Below are positions 61,967 to 64,000 of a stretch of 64,000 nucleotides of DNA, piece by piece. The stretch is from Alphaproteobacteria bacterium (GTDB lineage: Bacteria > Pseudomonadota > Alphaproteobacteria > SP197), in the NCBI GenBank assembly GCA_964291265.2, contig OZ219747.1:1888001-1952000 (forward strand). Direction: 5' to 3'. Both the position numbers and the translations under genes were made by a program. Within the stretch, counting starts at the first letter, position 1; each line of letters starts with the position of its first letter. The notes under the pieces were generated by a model. It did no database searches. It saw nothing but the letters and a program-made list of their open reading frames with translations, and was not told the origin of the DNA.

Positions 61967-63385
61967 ATGGCACGAGTCCCGCAATCCATGAATGAAGCGC
62001 TGCCGACGGATGAGCGCGTTCGCGAGACCGGCGAGTGGCTGGCGGGTCACAACGTCAAGTACATCCTGTGTTGCTGGATCGATCTCCTGGGGCAGCCCAA
62101 GACAAAGCCGGTACCGCTCAGCGACTGGGAACGACTTGCCCGGGGCATGGGTCCGCAGTTTGCCGTGCATTCGGTGTCGTTCGTTCCCGAGCTTGGTCCG
62201 GCGGATCCGGACCAGATCATGGTGCCCGATCTCGATTCCCTGACGCTGTGCCCCTGGGACAGGGCCATGGCCTGGGTCTTTGCCGATCTCTGGTGGTCCG
62301 ACAAGCCCTACAGCCTGTGTCCCAGGGGAGCGATGAAGAGAATCCTCGCCGACTGCGAGGACAAGGGCTACCTGGTCGATGCCGGGGTCGAACCCGAGTT
62401 CATCGCCATGCGCTGGAAGGACGGCAGGCCCGTCAAGGCGTTCGATGACGATCTGGAGGCGGATGAGGGCCTGCGTCCGCGCCGTCAGGCCTTTGGCTAT
62501 GATGTCGAATACTCCATCAATTCGATGGGATTTCTGGGCGAACTGATCGACATACTCGACGGCGAGCTCGGCTGGGACCTGCACGACGTGGTCTGTGAAG
62601 GGGCCTACAGCCAGTTCGAGCTCGACTTCGGTTACACCGACGTGCTCGCCATGGCGGACCGCCTTGTCTTCCTGCGAATCCTGCTCAAGGAAATCGCCAA
62701 GAAACACGACATGTTCATCACGTTCATGCCGAAGCCGACGACAGGCGACTGGCGCTCGGGTGCACACATGAACACCTCCATGCGTCGTACCACGTCGCCC
62801 GACCGCAATCTGTTCGAATCACCGGACGGCTGGTCGCCGGAGGTCAGCCATGCCATCGGCGGCCTGTTGCAGCATGGCGGGGCCCTGACGGCCATCGCGT
62901 GTCCGACGGTCAACTCCTACAATGGTCTGGTTCCCCGGGTCGGCGGCTTCGAGGGCGGTACGGTGACCTGGGCACCGACTCACATGACCTATGGCTACAA
63001 CAACCGCTCTGCCATGTTGCGCATGCCGCAGAACCGCTACTGCATCGAGAACCGTGCGGCCGACATGTGCATGAACCCCTATCTGGCTCTGGGCGTGACT
63101 GCAGCCTGCATGACCGAGGGCATCATCTCCGCCATCGATCCCGGGCCCCCGCTGAACGAGGATCTCTACAGCCTCAGCGAGGAGGAACTCCATCGTTCGG
63201 GCGCCCAGCGCCTGCCGCGCAATCTCTTCGAGGCGGCCGAAATCCTGCGGGACGATGCCTTCGTCAAGGAGGTCATCGGCGAGCAGATGCATGCCTCGTT
63301 CCTCGCCTACAAGTTCGACGAATGGGAGCGCTACCATCAGGAAGTGACGGACTGGGAGGTGCGAGAGTACCTGAGGCTCTACTGA
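61967..63385 (+). CDS. Glutamine synthetase family protein (GlnT/gamma-glutamyl-amine ligase-like)
   Basis: GVEPEF, QFELDF, TFMPKP, SGAHMN, PTVNSY, NNRSAMLR, IENR. Confidence 0.88.
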   Translation: MARVPQSMNEALPTDERVRETGEWLAGHNVKYILCCWIDLLGQPKTKPVPLSDWERLARGMGPQFAVHSVSFVPELGPADPDQIMVPDLDSLTLCPWDRAMAWVFADLWWSDKPYSLCPRGAMKRILADCEDKGYLVDAGVEPEFIAMRWKDGRPVKAFDDDLEADEGLRPRRQAFGYDVEYSINSMGFLGELIDILDGELGWDLHDVVCEGAYSQFELDFGYTDVLAMADRLVFLRILLKEIAKKHDMFITFMPKPTTGDWRSGAHMNTSMRRTTSPDRNLFESPDGWSPEVSHAIGGLLQHGGALTAIACPTVNSYNGLVPRVGGFEGGTVTWAPTHMTYGYNNRSAMLRMPQNRYCIENRAADMCMNPYLALGVTAACMTEGIISAIDPGPPLNEDLYSLSEEELHRSGAQRLPRNLFEAAEILRDDAFVKEVIGEQMHASFLAYKFDEWERYHQEVTDWEVREYLRLY

Positions 63386-64000
63386 TGGCCGCCTCCTTCG
63401 AAACGTGGTCGCTCGGCGATGTCACGCTGCAGTCGGGAGAGGTTCTTGAACGCGCGCATCTTGCCTACCGCACCTGGGGGGGCCTCAACCCGGCCGGTGA
63501 CAATGCGATTCTCATTCCCACCTACTACACGGGCACCCACCGCAACAACGAGGCCTATTTCGGTCCCGGGCGCGCCATCGATCCGGCACGGCACTTCATC
63601 GTCTCGATCGACCTCTTCGGCAACGGACTGTCGTCTTCACCGGACAATCATCCCGCTCCTCAGGATGGTCCGCGATTCCCGCGGACCACGTTCTTCGACA
63701 ATGTCGCCTGCCAGCACCGCCTGTTGACGGAGGTGCTGGGAGTCTCCCGCCTGCGCCTCGTCACCGGCTGGTCCATGGGAGGATGTCAGTCCTTCCAGTG
63801 GGGCGCCCAGTATCCCGACATGGTCGACGCCATCCTGCCGTTCTGCGGATCGGCGCGGACATCGCCCCACAACATCGTCTTCCTTGAAGGCGTCAAGGCT
63901 GCGCTCACCGCCGATGCAACATGGTCGGGCGGCGACTACACGAAGCAGCCGGTCACCGGACTCAAGGCCTTCGGGCGGGTCTATGCCGGCTGGGCCTACT
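63385..64000 (+). CDS. Homoserine O-acetyltransferase-like alpha/beta hydrolase (runs off window end)
   Basis: Own translation from ATG 63385: LAYRTWGGLN..GDNAILIPT, FGNGLSSSP, VTGWSMGG. Confidence 0.85.
   Translation, partial: MAASFETWSLGDVTLQSGEVLERAHLAYRTWGGLNPAGDNAILIPTYYTGTHRNNEAYFGPGRAIDPARHFIVSIDLFGNGLSSSPDNHPAPQDGPRFPRTTFFDNVACQHRLLTEVLGVSRLRLVTGWSMGGCQSFQWGAQYPDMVDAILPFCGSARTSPHNIVFLEGVKAALTADATWSGGDYTKQPVTGLKAFGRVYAGWAY

Overview
GC-rich bacterial chromosomal segment, probably proteobacterial; the heavy IS, Rpn and DUF4338 load resembles host-associated symbionts (inference). Metabolic genes include selB-selA, an acyl-CoA ligase, a hydantoinase/racemase/D-carbamoylase cluster, yaaA, an enoyl-CoA hydratase, a DMT transporter, PhzF, a TmpAB-like phosphonate cluster, a DAO-family oxidase, metY, a glutamine synthetase-family gene and a MetX-like gene. 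These are interleaved with a dense, resolvable set of mobile elements. An ISAs1-type element (15161-27002, 9-bp TSD) contains an IS21-family transposon carrying a toprim/primase gene and an IS66 element, and the IS66 itself holds a group II intron. There are three apparently identical 1919-bp RT-encoding group II introns and one diverged 660-bp ORF-less intron; all four sit inside IS transposase genes, and one joins IS66 and IS4 halves. Two Rpn/YhgA genes have an internal RBS+ATG (RpnS-type antitoxin) and lie in paralogous cassettes bounded by IS66-type ends. The window also has several MITEs and a Slam/TbpB-like (T11SS) pair frameshifted at poly-C tracts. All coordinates were read by eye; no searches were run.
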